DNA of 46,739 bases from Stramenopiles sp. TOSAG23-2 (taxonomy: Eukaryota): NCBI GenBank assembly GCA_900128395.1, contig LT649279.1, forward strand, positions 1 to 46,739, written 5' to 3'. Positions 30,612 to 41,558 of the stretch are shown here, piece by piece. The position numbers and the translations under genes were made by a program. The notes beneath the pieces are model-generated. The model saw only the letters and a program-made list of their open reading frames with translations, did no database searches and had not been told where the DNA came from. Position 1 is the stretch's first letter. Each line of letters starts with the position of its first letter.

Positions 30612-31281
30612 ATTCTGTATGGTTGTATATATAGTGGTTTCTTTTTTAATCAATATTTTACTTTGTTATTTTCTTTAATTCCGTTTTGTTTTTACCTGCA
30701 GCTGCAGTGCAGTTAAAATATATGCATATTGATATATGTGTGTTCCGACTACTGGTATATATATAAAAAACGTACCGAACCAAGTTACCAAGTTAGACAT
30801 ACCACGTGCATATACAGTACAGTATATAGACTACCTGGCATACCAGCATACTCTGCATACAGTACTAGACGACTAGTACAACATACACGTATACAGTACC
30901 ACCAGGACAGTAGGACATAGACTTACATTATTAATAATGTAACATAGGACATAGGTATAGCATGATATTGAATAATGATAGAACAATTTTTTATGCCACA
31001 GCTTCCTCGTACCACAGCTATGATATTGCTGGATTGGCAGGATTACCACTAATTAGAATCTACTGCCTACTGCCTGGACGGCGACTGCCAGCCGCCAGGA
31101 AAGCCTGGAAAGCCAGACTGGTGGTAATAATAAATAGATTAAATAAATAAGATTGAATATTCATTTAATTATTACATATACTACTGTATATTACATTTAT
31201 TTGTAGTAGAATCACACCACACGTTGCACAAAACAAAAAAACAAAAGGAAAAACAATAAGAAACGAGGTAAATAAAACAAC

Positions 31282-34200
31282 ATGACGACTCCAATAATTA
31301 AAGAACGAAAAGCGAAAACGTTGCGGTCAAGGGATGGCTTGATTCAATACGCACGCAATGATTATTCACAAGGAGGGGAAGATGGTATTTTAGAAAAAAT
31401 ATTTACCATCTTAGATGAGGATGAAAGAAATAATAATAATAATAGTAATAATACAATTCAAAGATGGTGTGTGGACGTTGGGGCATGGGATGGAAAGCAT
31501 TTATCTAATACATATATGTTATTAAATTCAACAACGTTGAAATCAAAATGGTCGGGCGTCTTAATTGAAGCTGATGTTGATCGCTGTAAATCATTGAAAA
31601 AATTATATGAAAACAAGACAAATAATATCATATTGAATTATACCGTATCTTGTGAGAAAAATTCTGATTCATCCCTTGTTAATATCATTAAAAAACACGC
31701 GCCGACTCTACCAACCAATTTAGATTTTTTAAGCATAGATATTGATGGTGCTGATTACTGGGTATTAGTAGATGTGCTTGAGAATAGCAATATTCGGCCA
31801 AAATTGATTGTCATTGAGTTTAATCCTACTATGCCTGACAATATTGTATATGTACAACCACATAGCGATGAAATAAGACATGGATCTTCCCTTCGTGCTT
31901 TTTATGATTATGTCAAACCAAAAAAATATACATTAATTGAAACGACAATTTATAATGCATTTTTTATCCAAACAGAATTATATGAAAAATGTTTTAAAAC
32001 AATTGTAGCAGACACAAGTATTGAAGCATTGCATGAAGTGACGATGGGTACAACATTATATCAATTGTATGATGGCACTATAAAGATTGCTGGATGTAAA
32101 AAATTATTATGGCATCGATTACCGATACGTGAGGAAGATATACAAATATTAAAAAAAAAGAAAGAAAGATCATTTCCATTTATACCACCATCAACAATGA
32201 GAACTAATATTGACTGTAGTAACGAGAAACATAGTGTAGAGAAAATGGAAATATTTACATCAAATATAAAATGTAAAGCACCAACAAAAATAATTAATTT
32301 AAAGGCGTTTCTTAGTAGTGATCAAAAAAATAATCAAAAACAGACCAGTGAAAATTTATTGGATGCGTTTGGAAAGGATGGTTTTGCAATCGTAACTGGG
32401 ACACGGGCATCTATAGAAAGCTATTACAATGCACTGAAATCATGCAAAGATTTTTTTCTTGCACCTGAATATGTACGAAGAAGTACGCTCGCGAAAGATT
32501 ATGCAAGACGTGGTTATAGTCCATCATTGACTGAAAATTTTGCATCTTTAATTGGTAGTAAAGGACCAAACGATAGTGTACGAAAATTTAGAATTGGTCC
32601 TCCAAACGATTCTGATACACAAGCCTATAACAACAAGCTATCTGTATTGTTCCAACCAAATATTTGGCCAAGCAATAAAATGTGGACAAATAAATTAAAT
32701 AATAACATTGCCAATGATTTTAAAACGAATGTGATTGAATATTATAATATGATCTCTACAATATCAGATATTGTATTAAATGCCATTTGTAAATGTTTAC
32801 CTGACCAATCAATTGCAAAGGATATACAAAATGCAAATAATATAAAACCAAAATCATCCATTTTGACATTGTTGGGATATAAACTTGAAACGATTAGTAA
32901 TAAATCTAATGATGAAATAAATGAAAAAATACTAGTTGCTCCCCATACAGATGTTAGTGTGTTGACTATTTTGATATATGATGGTGATAGTGCAATATTA
33001 CAACGCCAAGATTCAAATGGTATATGGCAAGATGTGATTGTGAACAACGATAATAATGATAATCAAAATTATTCTAGCAAATCTGGACCAAAGTTTGTAG
33101 TCAATATTGGTGATTGTCTATCTGATATGAGTGGTGGGTTATTAAAATCAACATTACATCGTGTCATTCGTAATCCAAAGACAAGTAAAAGCAATACACG
33201 TAGTTGCCTGGCATTTTTTTTAGGCTTTGCTAGTGATGCAATTATCAAGGTTGGTAAAAGTAAAAATAGATTAGCATTAACATTTGAGGAATGGAGGAAA
33301 CAAAGGATACAAAAAGCAATGTCTATTTTGAAAAATAAGAAGAAAAATAATAAAGAAATGTTGTCTTTGACCGGAGCAAAAGTTACAAATATAAACGATT
33401 CCAAAATAGATAAAATACATATTGTCGATGTAGAAATATACATAATGAAGTATGAAAATAAAAAATTGGAATTATTGAAAATGTTACAACGTTTATTTTC
33501 TAAATCTATGCAAATAATTATTGACATAAAAACGAATAAACGCCATCCAGCAGTTGATAAATTTATACATGGACAATTGAAAAATGAATTTGGAAACTTG
33601 GAAGAGTTGAAAAAAAAACATAGTATTGTACATAAGGGTATCTTTCTAGTAGCACATAATGAAAAAGGTGCTATTATTGGTATGGTTGCAATTGAAAAAT
33701 CTTCTTATAAAGTGTCCGACAAAAATGTGAACAGTGCACAATCAAATAATATTGCAGTTTTAAAACACATGTGTGTATCTAATCAATACCGCTCAAAAGG
33801 TATTGGAACACGACTTTTGCGAACAGCATTAAATCATAGTTTATCAATGGGTTATTTAAAAGTCCATTTGGATACAATAGCGGGGATGAAATCAGCTCGT
33901 AAATTATATATAAAGCATGGTTTTCAAGAAATATCACGTAAAACATTAGGTTTGGGTTTAAAAGAATTTACGCTTGTCAAATATAGCATTGATTTATCAT
34001 TAACAAACACAATAAAGAAGCAGCCGAATGTAGAAAAACCATTATTACTTTCTCGTTTTGATGATTATCTTACTTTTTTTAAAGAATATGGATATGTAGT
34101 CATACCAAACATACTCTCGCCATCACAAATTGATCATGCTTTAAATGAATATGATAAAATGTTATTGAAATATGGCATAGATATAAAAAATAATTTAGTA

Positions 34201-35091
34201 GCAACTGCTAAAAATGCTCGTAAACTTTCATCGACACATGGGGCTGGTGGCATATTAGATTTATTCTATCCTAAATGGAAAATTGATTTAACATTAAATA
34301 ATCAATTATATTATCTTGCATATTTAAAATTATTGCAAGGCACATATGGAAGTTATGCTAGTTCTAGTATTATCGATGATTGTACAAGCGAAATATGGTC
34401 ACATCCATATAAAATAAAAAATAAAAACAAAGCTTTCATACATATCGATCGGATTGGTTGTCGTTTTCCAGATGATATTGTACAATCATCTGATGATTCC
34501 AACGATAAACAATTTCAACGTGGTTTAGCGCCTCACATGGATTGTTGTCCAAAAGATATAAATGGTGGTGGAGGAAAACAATTTCCAAGATGGCGACCAA
34601 TACAATGTTTGCTCTCTTTAACATCTACTATGAATAAAAATGAAGGTGGTTTTGAGTGTGTACCAAAATTTCATAAACAGTTCAAAACTTATTATGAAAA
34701 CAAAATGTTAAAACCAGTTGATAACAGTAGTACGAAGAAAGATAAAATTATTTGTGTTGGTGATTTTACACCAATGCGTGATCCAAAAATTTTGGAACAA
34801 TATCAACATATACCAATTCCAGCAGGAGCTGCATTATTTTGGGATCAGCGTTTACCACATGCAAATTCTTTTAAGAACAATTCAAATAAAACTCGGCGAT
34901 GTATTTATGGTGGATTTTTACCACATGTTGATAAGAATACTTTATATGCAAAAGAACAATTACAACGATTTGAAAAAGGATTGCCACAAGTTGATTTTTG
35001 GATGAAAGAACAAGAAGGAAGGTTATTTCAAGAAACAATAATAGAAAAAGAACAAATAAATGATTTGGGTTTGAAAATGTTAGGTGTTTGA
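31282..35091 (+). CDS. Four-domain enzyme fusion: FkbM-like methyltransferase + IPNS-type 2OG-Fe(II) oxygenase + GNAT + PhyH/DUF1479-like oxygenase
   Basis: Single 1269-aa ORF with YSQGGEDG, VDVGAWDG, LSIDIDG.DY, IEFN; then PHTD, VNIGD, STLHRV, R...AFF; then MCVS..YRSKGIG..L, ARKLY..HGF; then YGYVVI, PHMD, GGFECVP.FH, FWDQRLPHAN. Confidence 0.88.
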   Translation: MTTPIIKERKAKTLRSRDGLIQYARNDYSQGGEDGILEKIFTILDEDERNNNNNSNNTIQRWCVDVGAWDGKHLSNTYMLLNSTTLKSKWSGVLIEADVDRCKSLKKLYENKTNNIILNYTVSCEKNSDSSLVNIIKKHAPTLPTNLDFLSIDIDGADYWVLVDVLENSNIRPKLIVIEFNPTMPDNIVYVQPHSDEIRHGSSLRAFYDYVKPKKYTLIETTIYNAFFIQTELYEKCFKTIVADTSIEALHEVTMGTTLYQLYDGTIKIAGCKKLLWHRLPIREEDIQILKKKKERSFPFIPPSTMRTNIDCSNEKHSVEKMEIFTSNIKCKAPTKIINLKAFLSSDQKNNQKQTSENLLDAFGKDGFAIVTGTRASIESYYNALKSCKDFFLAPEYVRRSTLAKDYARRGYSPSLTENFASLIGSKGPNDSVRKFRIGPPNDSDTQAYNNKLSVLFQPNIWPSNKMWTNKLNNNIANDFKTNVIEYYNMISTISDIVLNAICKCLPDQSIAKDIQNANNIKPKSSILTLLGYKLETISNKSNDEINEKILVAPHTDVSVLTILIYDGDSAILQRQDSNGIWQDVIVNNDNNDNQNYSSKSGPKFVVNIGDCLSDMSGGLLKSTLHRVIRNPKTSKSNTRSCLAFFLGFASDAIIKVGKSKNRLALTFEEWRKQRIQKAMSILKNKKKNNKEMLSLTGAKVTNINDSKIDKIHIVDVEIYIMKYENKKLELLKMLQRLFSKSMQIIIDIKTNKRHPAVDKFIHGQLKNEFGNLEELKKKHSIVHKGIFLVAHNEKGAIIGMVAIEKSSYKVSDKNVNSAQSNNIAVLKHMCVSNQYRSKGIGTRLLRTALNHSLSMGYLKVHLDTIAGMKSARKLYIKHGFQEISRKTLGLGLKEFTLVKYSIDLSLTNTIKKQPNVEKPLLLSRFDDYLTFFKEYGYVVIPNILSPSQIDHALNEYDKMLLKYGIDIKNNLVATAKNARKLSSTHGAGGILDLFYPKWKIDLTLNNQLYYLAYLKLLQGTYGSYASSSIIDDCTSEIWSHPYKIKNKNKAFIHIDRIGCRFPDDIVQSSDDSNDKQFQRGLAPHMDCCPKDINGGGGKQFPRWRPIQCLLSLTSTMNKNEGGFECVPKFHKQFKTYYENKMLKPVDNSSTKKDKIICVGDFTPMRDPKILEQYQHIPIPAGAALFWDQRLPHANSFKNNSNKTRRCIYGGFLPHVDKNTLYAKEQLQRFEKGLPQVDFWMKEQEGRLFQETIIEKEQINDLGLKMLGV

Positions 35092-35146
35092 TCTTGGTTT
35101 TGATTTTGTTTTTATTTTTTAGTAAAAAACAATACAGAATAATTAA

Positions 35147-35269
35147 AAATGTACACGCGTATTTTTAATGTTTTATTTCCTAATACTCATGATGACAATT
35201 CCTAACTCTCAAAAGAATACAGTGTGACTGAGCCAACATTTAATAAATCTAATCTCACAAAATGTGTCA
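35147..35269 (-). repeat. Dispersed repeat, copy 4 (module A)
   Basis: AAATGTACACGCGTATTTT...ATGACAATTCCTA.CTCTCAAAAGAATACAG.GTGACTGAG...ATCTCACAAAATGTGTC is closely matched by 41678-41793. Confidence 0.9.
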
Positions 35270-35654
35270 AAATAACTCCTGTAACCAGAAATTACCGATG
35301 AGGTCAATAGATGTTATCAACCTTCTGTTGATGAAAAATATGAAGAGGGCGGGGATAAATTGTATGAACTCGTACCAAGGGTACGAACTTCGTATAATTT
35401 AATTGTAAACCTCGCCAAACATGCACATTTATAATGCATTTAACGATTAGTATAGGGGCGCACGTCTTAATATATAAGCTGTTTGAATGTCTCGACATGT
35501 GTTTTTAACCCAATTCGAGGCAGCAAGTTCCCTGGATTCTTTCGATCCTGGAGTCAAAATAATATAAAAGTGTGTATTTATTAATAGAGAAGGACGTAAA
35601 TATATACAAACTTCGTATATTTTACTCTCTAGAGCTTCTCTCTCTCTCTCCTTT

Positions 35655-36170
35655 TTAAACAAATGCAACACGGGGACCTGATACAAATACTGGTTTGTTT
35701 TGAATTTTTGCTGGTGCTTTGTAACGAGGATCGCTTACTTTATAATAAACAACAGCAAAACGATCACCATTCAAATTGCTCGTGTCTACCATATGTGGCA
35801 TTCTACCATCAAAGCATAAAATTTGTTCCTTGTACATACAATTGTATTGTTTTCCATTATCGTCATCATAAATTATTGTAGAGCAATTTCCATCTCCTAA
35901 TGTGAAGACATATTGTACATCAATATCATTTTCATCAACATGCTTCTTAAAATAATTTTCACTACTATTCATGTAGCTAAATTGAACGACTAAGTACTCG
36001 CCATCACCAGCATATAAAGGATTAACTTTATTGATTATTTTTAATGCAATGTCATATGCAGCAATTAACCATTTAGGCTTCGAAGATTTACGCACATCAC
36101 CTATAGCAGCAAGACCATTGCTGCTAATTATGAATAATATTGCTGTTAATAATAGAGTAAAACGATTCAT
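35655..36170 (-). CDS. Compact 2OG-Fe(II) oxygenase, TET/JBP-like or AlkB-like DSBH fold; 5' end uncertain
   Basis: KKHVDEND (HxD), FTLGD, FDGRMPH (distal His) and GDRFAVVYY (2OG-binding Arg on the last strand). Confidence 0.65.
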   Translation of the reverse strand: MNRFTLLLTAILFIISSNGLAAIGDVRKSSKPKWLIAAYDIALKIINKVNPLYAGDGEYLVVQFSYMNSSENYFKKHVDENDIDVQYVFTLGDGNCSTIIYDDDNGKQYNCMYKEQILCFDGRMPHMVDTSNLNGDRFAVVYYKVSDPRYKAPAKIQNKPVFVSGPRVAFV

Positions 36171-36535
36171 CCTATCTTTGTTTCTCTTTGCAATTTATAA
36201 TTTATATATGTTACGTATTTAGATCTTCTTTTATTTGTTTCAATTTTTTAATCAAAGATATATCTAATAATATATGTGCATATGTCCCCTCTTTCAAAGA
36301 TGAAATTGTAATGTGGCTCCTTCACTCCTCACATCCCGATTCGTCAAAAAAAATATTAAGTATATATATTTGTATACTAATATTTCTATCAAATGTATAA
36401 AAGACCATTTTTATAAAAAATATCTTCTACTTCGGATGATATTTTTTTTTATGACATATAATATATATATATTTAAAATACGAATTACAACACACCATTA
36501 AGCCTCTCTTCTCACAGCATGTCACACACAAAAAA

Positions 36536-37699
36536 TTACATCTTTGCACTACTTAAAATTAGCTCGGAACTTTCCATATCTGGCCATAAACTACAAACAT
36601 ATGTAACACCAGGTTCGCATTCATTTTTCACAGTCTTATCCCATATTTTCAATGTAGCTTCTGCACCATATGCCCTTTCAGGATTGAAGGTTGGCAATTT
36701 CCAATTGGCATATGCAGCTTGAGCTTCACTTAACATTTTTCCAACTTTTGCTGGCCCATGTTCTTTTTGTGCATTTGCCATTGCAACAAAAATTAAAAAT
36801 GGAGCTGGAGGGGCTCCTCCATATTGTTTCAATTCTTTCTTTAAAACATCAGGATTATCAGTACTAAACAATTTACCACCAAAACCTACATTTGTTTTTC
36901 CCACACTTCCAAAATCGATGATTGAGGAGCCAAGTGTTTTTCTTAAATCCGAATTGACTTTTGAATTTCCTGCCATATCATAAATAGCAAATTTACCATT
37001 ATTACTCAATGAAGAAATTGTATCATACGTCACAACAACATCGTATATACCTGTATCTTTGACAAATTGTACATTACGACTACTTGTAATACCAATTCGT
37101 TTCATATTAAAATTATGAAATTTTGCAGCAAATGCTCCAGTCAACGAAGTTCTACTAGAAGCTGATGTGAAAACAATTGAAGTTGCCCCTTTACTAACTG
37201 CTTGCATCGTTGCTGACCAACCAGTACCAAACAATAATCCATCTGCAGTCATCATGTCTTCATGGTCGACTTTTGAGACATCCAAAGGTTCACTTAAACG
37301 ATAATTTCTATATGCATTTATTAACTTTGACCGGTGTGGTGCAGTATCTTCAAATGCTCCTCGTTTAATTTTTGATGGTGTTAGAACACAATATTTACGC
37401 ATCGGAAAATATCCATGTATTCTTTGTCCAACTTGTACATGTGGTGAGCGAGATGCTACCACAATTCCAACCCCCCAGGCAGGAGAGGATGCAAAATTAG
37501 CATCCCCAGTCGGATAATGCACAAATGTTTTTAAGGAAACTCTGCCTAACAATGCGTAAGTGACTGTGTTAGATGTTAAAACAAATTTAGCAATATGCAC
37601 CAATACATCTCCTTGATTTATTGCTAAACTTGCAGTAAATGGTGCTACCTTTGCTTCCAACGGTGAAGCTTCGTTCATGACAATATGGTTTAACGACAT
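36536..37699 (-). CDS. DUF2855 family protein (MDR/Rossmann-like)
   Basis: F.LTSNTVTYA, PAWG...VVAS, G.RIHGYFPM, LFGTG, TSASSRTS, IGITS..N..FV...G.YD.V.TYD and DMAGN. Confidence 0.8.
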   Translation of the reverse strand: MSLNHIVMNEASPLEAKVAPFTASLAINQGDVLVHIAKFVLTSNTVTYALLGRVSLKTFVHYPTGDANFASSPAWGVGIVVASRSPHVQVGQRIHGYFPMRKYCVLTPSKIKRGAFEDTAPHRSKLINAYRNYRLSEPLDVSKVDHEDMMTADGLLFGTGWSATMQAVSKGATSIVFTSASSRTSLTGAFAAKFHNFNMKRIGITSSRNVQFVKDTGIYDVVVTYDTISSLSNNGKFAIYDMAGNSKVNSDLRKTLGSSIIDFGSVGKTNVGFGGKLFSTDNPDVLKKELKQYGGAPPAPFLIFVAMANAQKEHGPAKVGKMLSEAQAAYANWKLPTFNPERAYGAEATLKIWDKTVKNECEPGVTYVCSLWPDMESSELILSSAKM

Positions 37700-38094
37700 C
37701 TTTATTTTATCTTCTTCTTTTATTATTAATATATCTATATACTACTTTCTTTTATTTGTCAGCATATATATATTGTTGCAAAAATTATAATTCATAAAAT
37801 ATTAATTACAATATACTTCGATGTATAGAATTAATATTAATATGGCACAATAATAATACCTGTAATATATATTATATAGCAAATGCTTGCTATTATAATG
37901 CTGCTTGCCTATTATAATTATTAATATAATATACTGTGGGCATAAGGCGGCGGGGCAGACAGAGAAGAAATGCACAAATGCATGCATCTTTTATAGCTAT
38001 ACCGTATTTTTTTTGCGACCACACACATCAAAATCTCATAGAGAGTTTCCTGCAAGCTTTTCTCCCTCTTACCTCCTCTTCCTCTCTATACACA

Positions 38095-38883
38095 TTAATG
38101 ATACGATGAAGTGCAATTGATTCCACTTAATGGTTTATTATCTACAGTGCAAATTTGCACATGACCTCTTTCTTGCAAACTACAACAAAAGTGTTTATAT
38201 ATATATACTTTACCATATCTATTTTGAATTTTTCCACAATTAGAAGGTGTGTAAATAGTTGGAAATACACCATGCATCGTTAGACCTTCAACCATTACAC
38301 CCATTGCACTGCCTAATACTAGAATAGATAATGGATGATTTGATACATTACAAACTGCAAAAGCAAAACCTACGACATAATGGTGTATATGAAGTTTTTT
38401 CTCGTTGCTATTTAATGTAATTGTTATGACGCACAAGATGATACAAATAGCTATTATGAATCCATATACTCTCATATATTGAAGTCCTTTTAAATTATGT
38501 TGTTGACACCTTGCGTTGCTTATAAATGTTACTCCGAAAAAGCCAAATATAACTACAAATTCAACAAAAAGTTCATCAAAGTCTTCTTTATTTCGATACT
38601 GCATATAAAAGTTTTTATCATTGTGGCCTAAAAGAACTCCTATATATGGAAATACGAAAGCTGATATTACTAGCGAAAATATATATATCAATAAATTGAA
38701 CGGTTGAAAAAGATATTTTTCTCTATTCTTTTCAGGTAAACTTGTTACGATTACTACTACTGTGACGTTAAAAATCACATCTAAAGCATTGTTTAAATTA
38801 TATCTTGAATCCATACGAATAATTGTAATTACAAACCATAAGATAATAGACAATGCTACTGACAAATATATTATGCGTTCCAT
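38095..38883 (-). CDS. Multi-pass membrane protein with HIHHY motif, function unknown
   Basis: About 6-7 hydrophobic segments; KLHIHHYVVG...LG.A.G..VEG...HG; Cys-rich tail. Confidence 0.65.
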   Translation of the reverse strand: MERIIYLSVALSIILWFVITIIRMDSRYNLNNALDVIFNVTVVVIVTSLPEKNREKYLFQPFNLLIYIFSLVISAFVFPYIGVLLGHNDKNFYMQYRNKEDFDELFVEFVVIFGFFGVTFISNARCQQHNLKGLQYMRVYGFIIAICIILCVITITLNSNEKKLHIHHYVVGFAFAVCNVSNHPLSILVLGSAMGVMVEGLTMHGVFPTIYTPSNCGKIQNRYGKVYIYKHFCCSLQERGHVQICTVDNKPLSGINCTSSYH

Positions 38884-39475
38884 ATATATATATTTACGTT
38901 TTCGTCTTGTGTTTTTTTTTATTTTTCAATTGAATTGCAAATGTAGTATAGTCGTAATTTGTAAAGAAGATTTTGTTAAATTGATCTTTACTTTTTTTTT
39001 ATATAGAAACGAAAATTTATTTTAATAATTCTGTTTTTATTAAGTTTAACGGGTAAAGAGATGAATATAATTTATATAGTAGAGTAACTGTTACATTTCT
39101 ATTTATTTATGTTGTCTACAAATCTATTATTTCCTTTTTCGACTATTTGTGTGTTTAATAGGGTATGTAAGTGTTATATTTTTACTTTGGTAAAGTCTGG
39201 ATGATGGGTGAGGTCACCACATTGCAAAAAAATACATGTATTTATTATATTTGTTGATATCTATACTTGCCTTAGGCTTGTACGTATTCAATCTGCTAAA
39301 ATATTTCCTATCAAAATAATAATATTAAATAAAAATAGGTAGAGAAGAGGAGGAGTATTATACACCAATTCAATCATTCAAACAGAAAAGATTTATTATA
39401 ATAAATAAAATACAAGAGCTTTATAGATGACGAGACAAACAAAGGATATACCTGGTTACAGATTACAATAAAACA

Positions 39476-41425
39476 ATGGAAAAAGTTATTCTTGCAGTAT
39501 TGCACTTATTATTGCTATCAATAATATGTAACACGGTTAATGGACAATCAAATGTTAGGAATGCAATATTTCAACGTAGTAATATTGAGATATTACCAAC
39601 TGGAGCATCATCATTATTAAATAGACAAAGTACAAATAGTTCGACTGATTCATCGAAACGTTCACAGCCTCATATATTTTTAGTTGTCTCGGATGATCAA
39701 GGTTATAATGATTTAGGTGCATTTAACGGTTTGACGGAGTCAAAGCCAACAACGCCTCGATTGGATCAACTGTCTGAAGTAGAAGGGTTAAAGTTAAATA
39801 CTTTTTATGTCACACCACTATGTTCTCCAACACGTGGAGCTTTAATGACTTCTAGATGGCCACATCGTTGGGGTGGACAAAGTAGTGTGATACAACCATG
39901 GACACCACAAGGTATACCATTGGAGGAAGTATTTTTACCACAGCGATTAAAACAAGTCGGGTATAGAACGCATATGGTTGGCAAATGGCATTTAGGGTTT
40001 TGTTCCAATGGATATACGCCTACAGCTCGAGGGTTTGATACTTATTATGGCAAATATTTAGCCCACGGGGATCATTTCGACCATACAGCAGAAGATCACC
40101 AAGACGATGGAAGTTACGGGGATGGGATTGCGATGGGTGGTGCTATTGATTTTCATGAAGAATATAACGAAGGGAAAGTTAAACGGCATGTATTAGATCG
40201 CAACGGGTCATATTCGACGGATTTATTTGCCCAGCGTAGTGTGGAGATAGTACAAGCCCATCCACATAATGACGCGCCATTGTTTCTTGAATTAGCATTT
40301 CAAGCCATTCATTGGCCCGTGCAAGCACCACAGTTTCAAATAGATCGTAATTCGCACATAAAAGATATTGGGAAATTTCCAAAACGTAGGACGAGTGCTG
40401 GGATGATGAGCGCCATTGATGACGCTGTTGGAAGAGTTGTCGATGCGTTTAAAAGTAAAGATATGTGGAAAGATACATTATTCATTTTTTTCAGCGATAA
40501 TGGAGCAAGTGTCGATGCAGGGGCGAGTAATCACCCATACAGAGGCTCTAAAGTTTCCGCTTTTGAAGGGGGCGTAAAAGTACCTGGAATTGTTGCTGGC
40601 GGAAGATTGCCATCTCATTTAAAAGGTACCTCCAATAATAAAATATTTTCTGTCGTCGATATTATGCCTACGCTTTGCCATTTAGCAGGATGTTTACCAA
40701 CATATTATGACAAATCGTTGGATAATTTAGATGGATTGAATGTCTGGGATGCAATGGTTGATCCTGCTGTTCCATCGCCTCGAAAAGAGGTTGTTTTTCA
40801 ATTGGATCCTGATGGCCCAAAAGAACTTGGTCTCTTGTTAAACAATGGTCATATTAAAGGGCGCAATATAGGGGCAATTCGTGTTGGTAAATGGAAGTTA
40901 ATAGATGGTTTTCCTGGGCGTTCGCATTGGTATGGGCCAAATCCAGATGGTGCTTGGCCAGTGCCATACGTAATTGGTAGAGATGTTACTGATTATAATG
41001 GTTTGTTTAAAGTTAGTGATGGTGGCCATGATGTTATTGCCAGATTACGAGAAGAGCATGGAATATCAGGTGCAGTCACAGATCCTGAACAACTCGTCTT
41101 GGCAAGGGCGAAAGCAAAGGAATGGATACCAAAATATTTAAAGAATTTATGGTTATTTGATTTGGAAAAAGATCCCACGGAAACAACGGATTTGTCAAAG
41201 GATCATCCAGAAATTGTGGAGCAATTGCGACAAAGATTAAATGTACATCGTCAAAATAGCGTAACTCCATATCAAGGATGGAGAGGAGTTGGAAATGAAT
41301 TGAAAACAAAGCGTGGCCCAGGCCAAGATCCCATTACTGGAACACGAGTTTTTGATCAATGGTTGGATCGACTAAATGGTGGTATTGGAACGATGAATAT
41401 AAATACACCTAGAAGTAAAATGTGA
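39476..41425 (+). CDS. Secreted/lysosomal arylsulfatase (ARSB/I/J-like, formylglycine-dependent)
   Basis: Signal peptide; SDDQGYND, LCSPTRGALMT (CxPxR), GYRTHMVGKWHLG, FSDNG, N.PYRG.K...FEGG and LFDLEKDPTE. Confidence 0.93.
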   Translation: MEKVILAVLHLLLLSIICNTVNGQSNVRNAIFQRSNIEILPTGASSLLNRQSTNSSTDSSKRSQPHIFLVVSDDQGYNDLGAFNGLTESKPTTPRLDQLSEVEGLKLNTFYVTPLCSPTRGALMTSRWPHRWGGQSSVIQPWTPQGIPLEEVFLPQRLKQVGYRTHMVGKWHLGFCSNGYTPTARGFDTYYGKYLAHGDHFDHTAEDHQDDGSYGDGIAMGGAIDFHEEYNEGKVKRHVLDRNGSYSTDLFAQRSVEIVQAHPHNDAPLFLELAFQAIHWPVQAPQFQIDRNSHIKDIGKFPKRRTSAGMMSAIDDAVGRVVDAFKSKDMWKDTLFIFFSDNGASVDAGASNHPYRGSKVSAFEGGVKVPGIVAGGRLPSHLKGTSNNKIFSVVDIMPTLCHLAGCLPTYYDKSLDNLDGLNVWDAMVDPAVPSPRKEVVFQLDPDGPKELGLLLNNGHIKGRNIGAIRVGKWKLIDGFPGRSHWYGPNPDGAWPVPYVIGRDVTDYNGLFKVSDGGHDVIARLREEHGISGAVTDPEQLVLARAKAKEWIPKYLKNLWLFDLEKDPTETTDLSKDHPEIVEQLRQRLNVHRQNSVTPYQGWRGVGNELKTKRGPGQDPITGTRVFDQWLDRLNGGIGTMNINTPRSKM

Positions 41426-41558
41426 AAAGCGGGGGAGATATGTGCACTGTTGTTAATTTTAAAAAAGTTTGTTGAGAGAAATTGTAGGTGTTATGATATA
41501 TATAAATATATCCCGAAACATTATATTTTACGAACCCGTATACATATATGATATATAT

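Noticed and set aside
35386-35398. loxP-like half-site AACTTCGTATAAT (similar at 29939 and 35609)
   Set aside because: There is no second inverted 13-bp arm at 8-bp spacing and no recombinase gene. It is explained by the general CTTCGTA word in convergent spacers.
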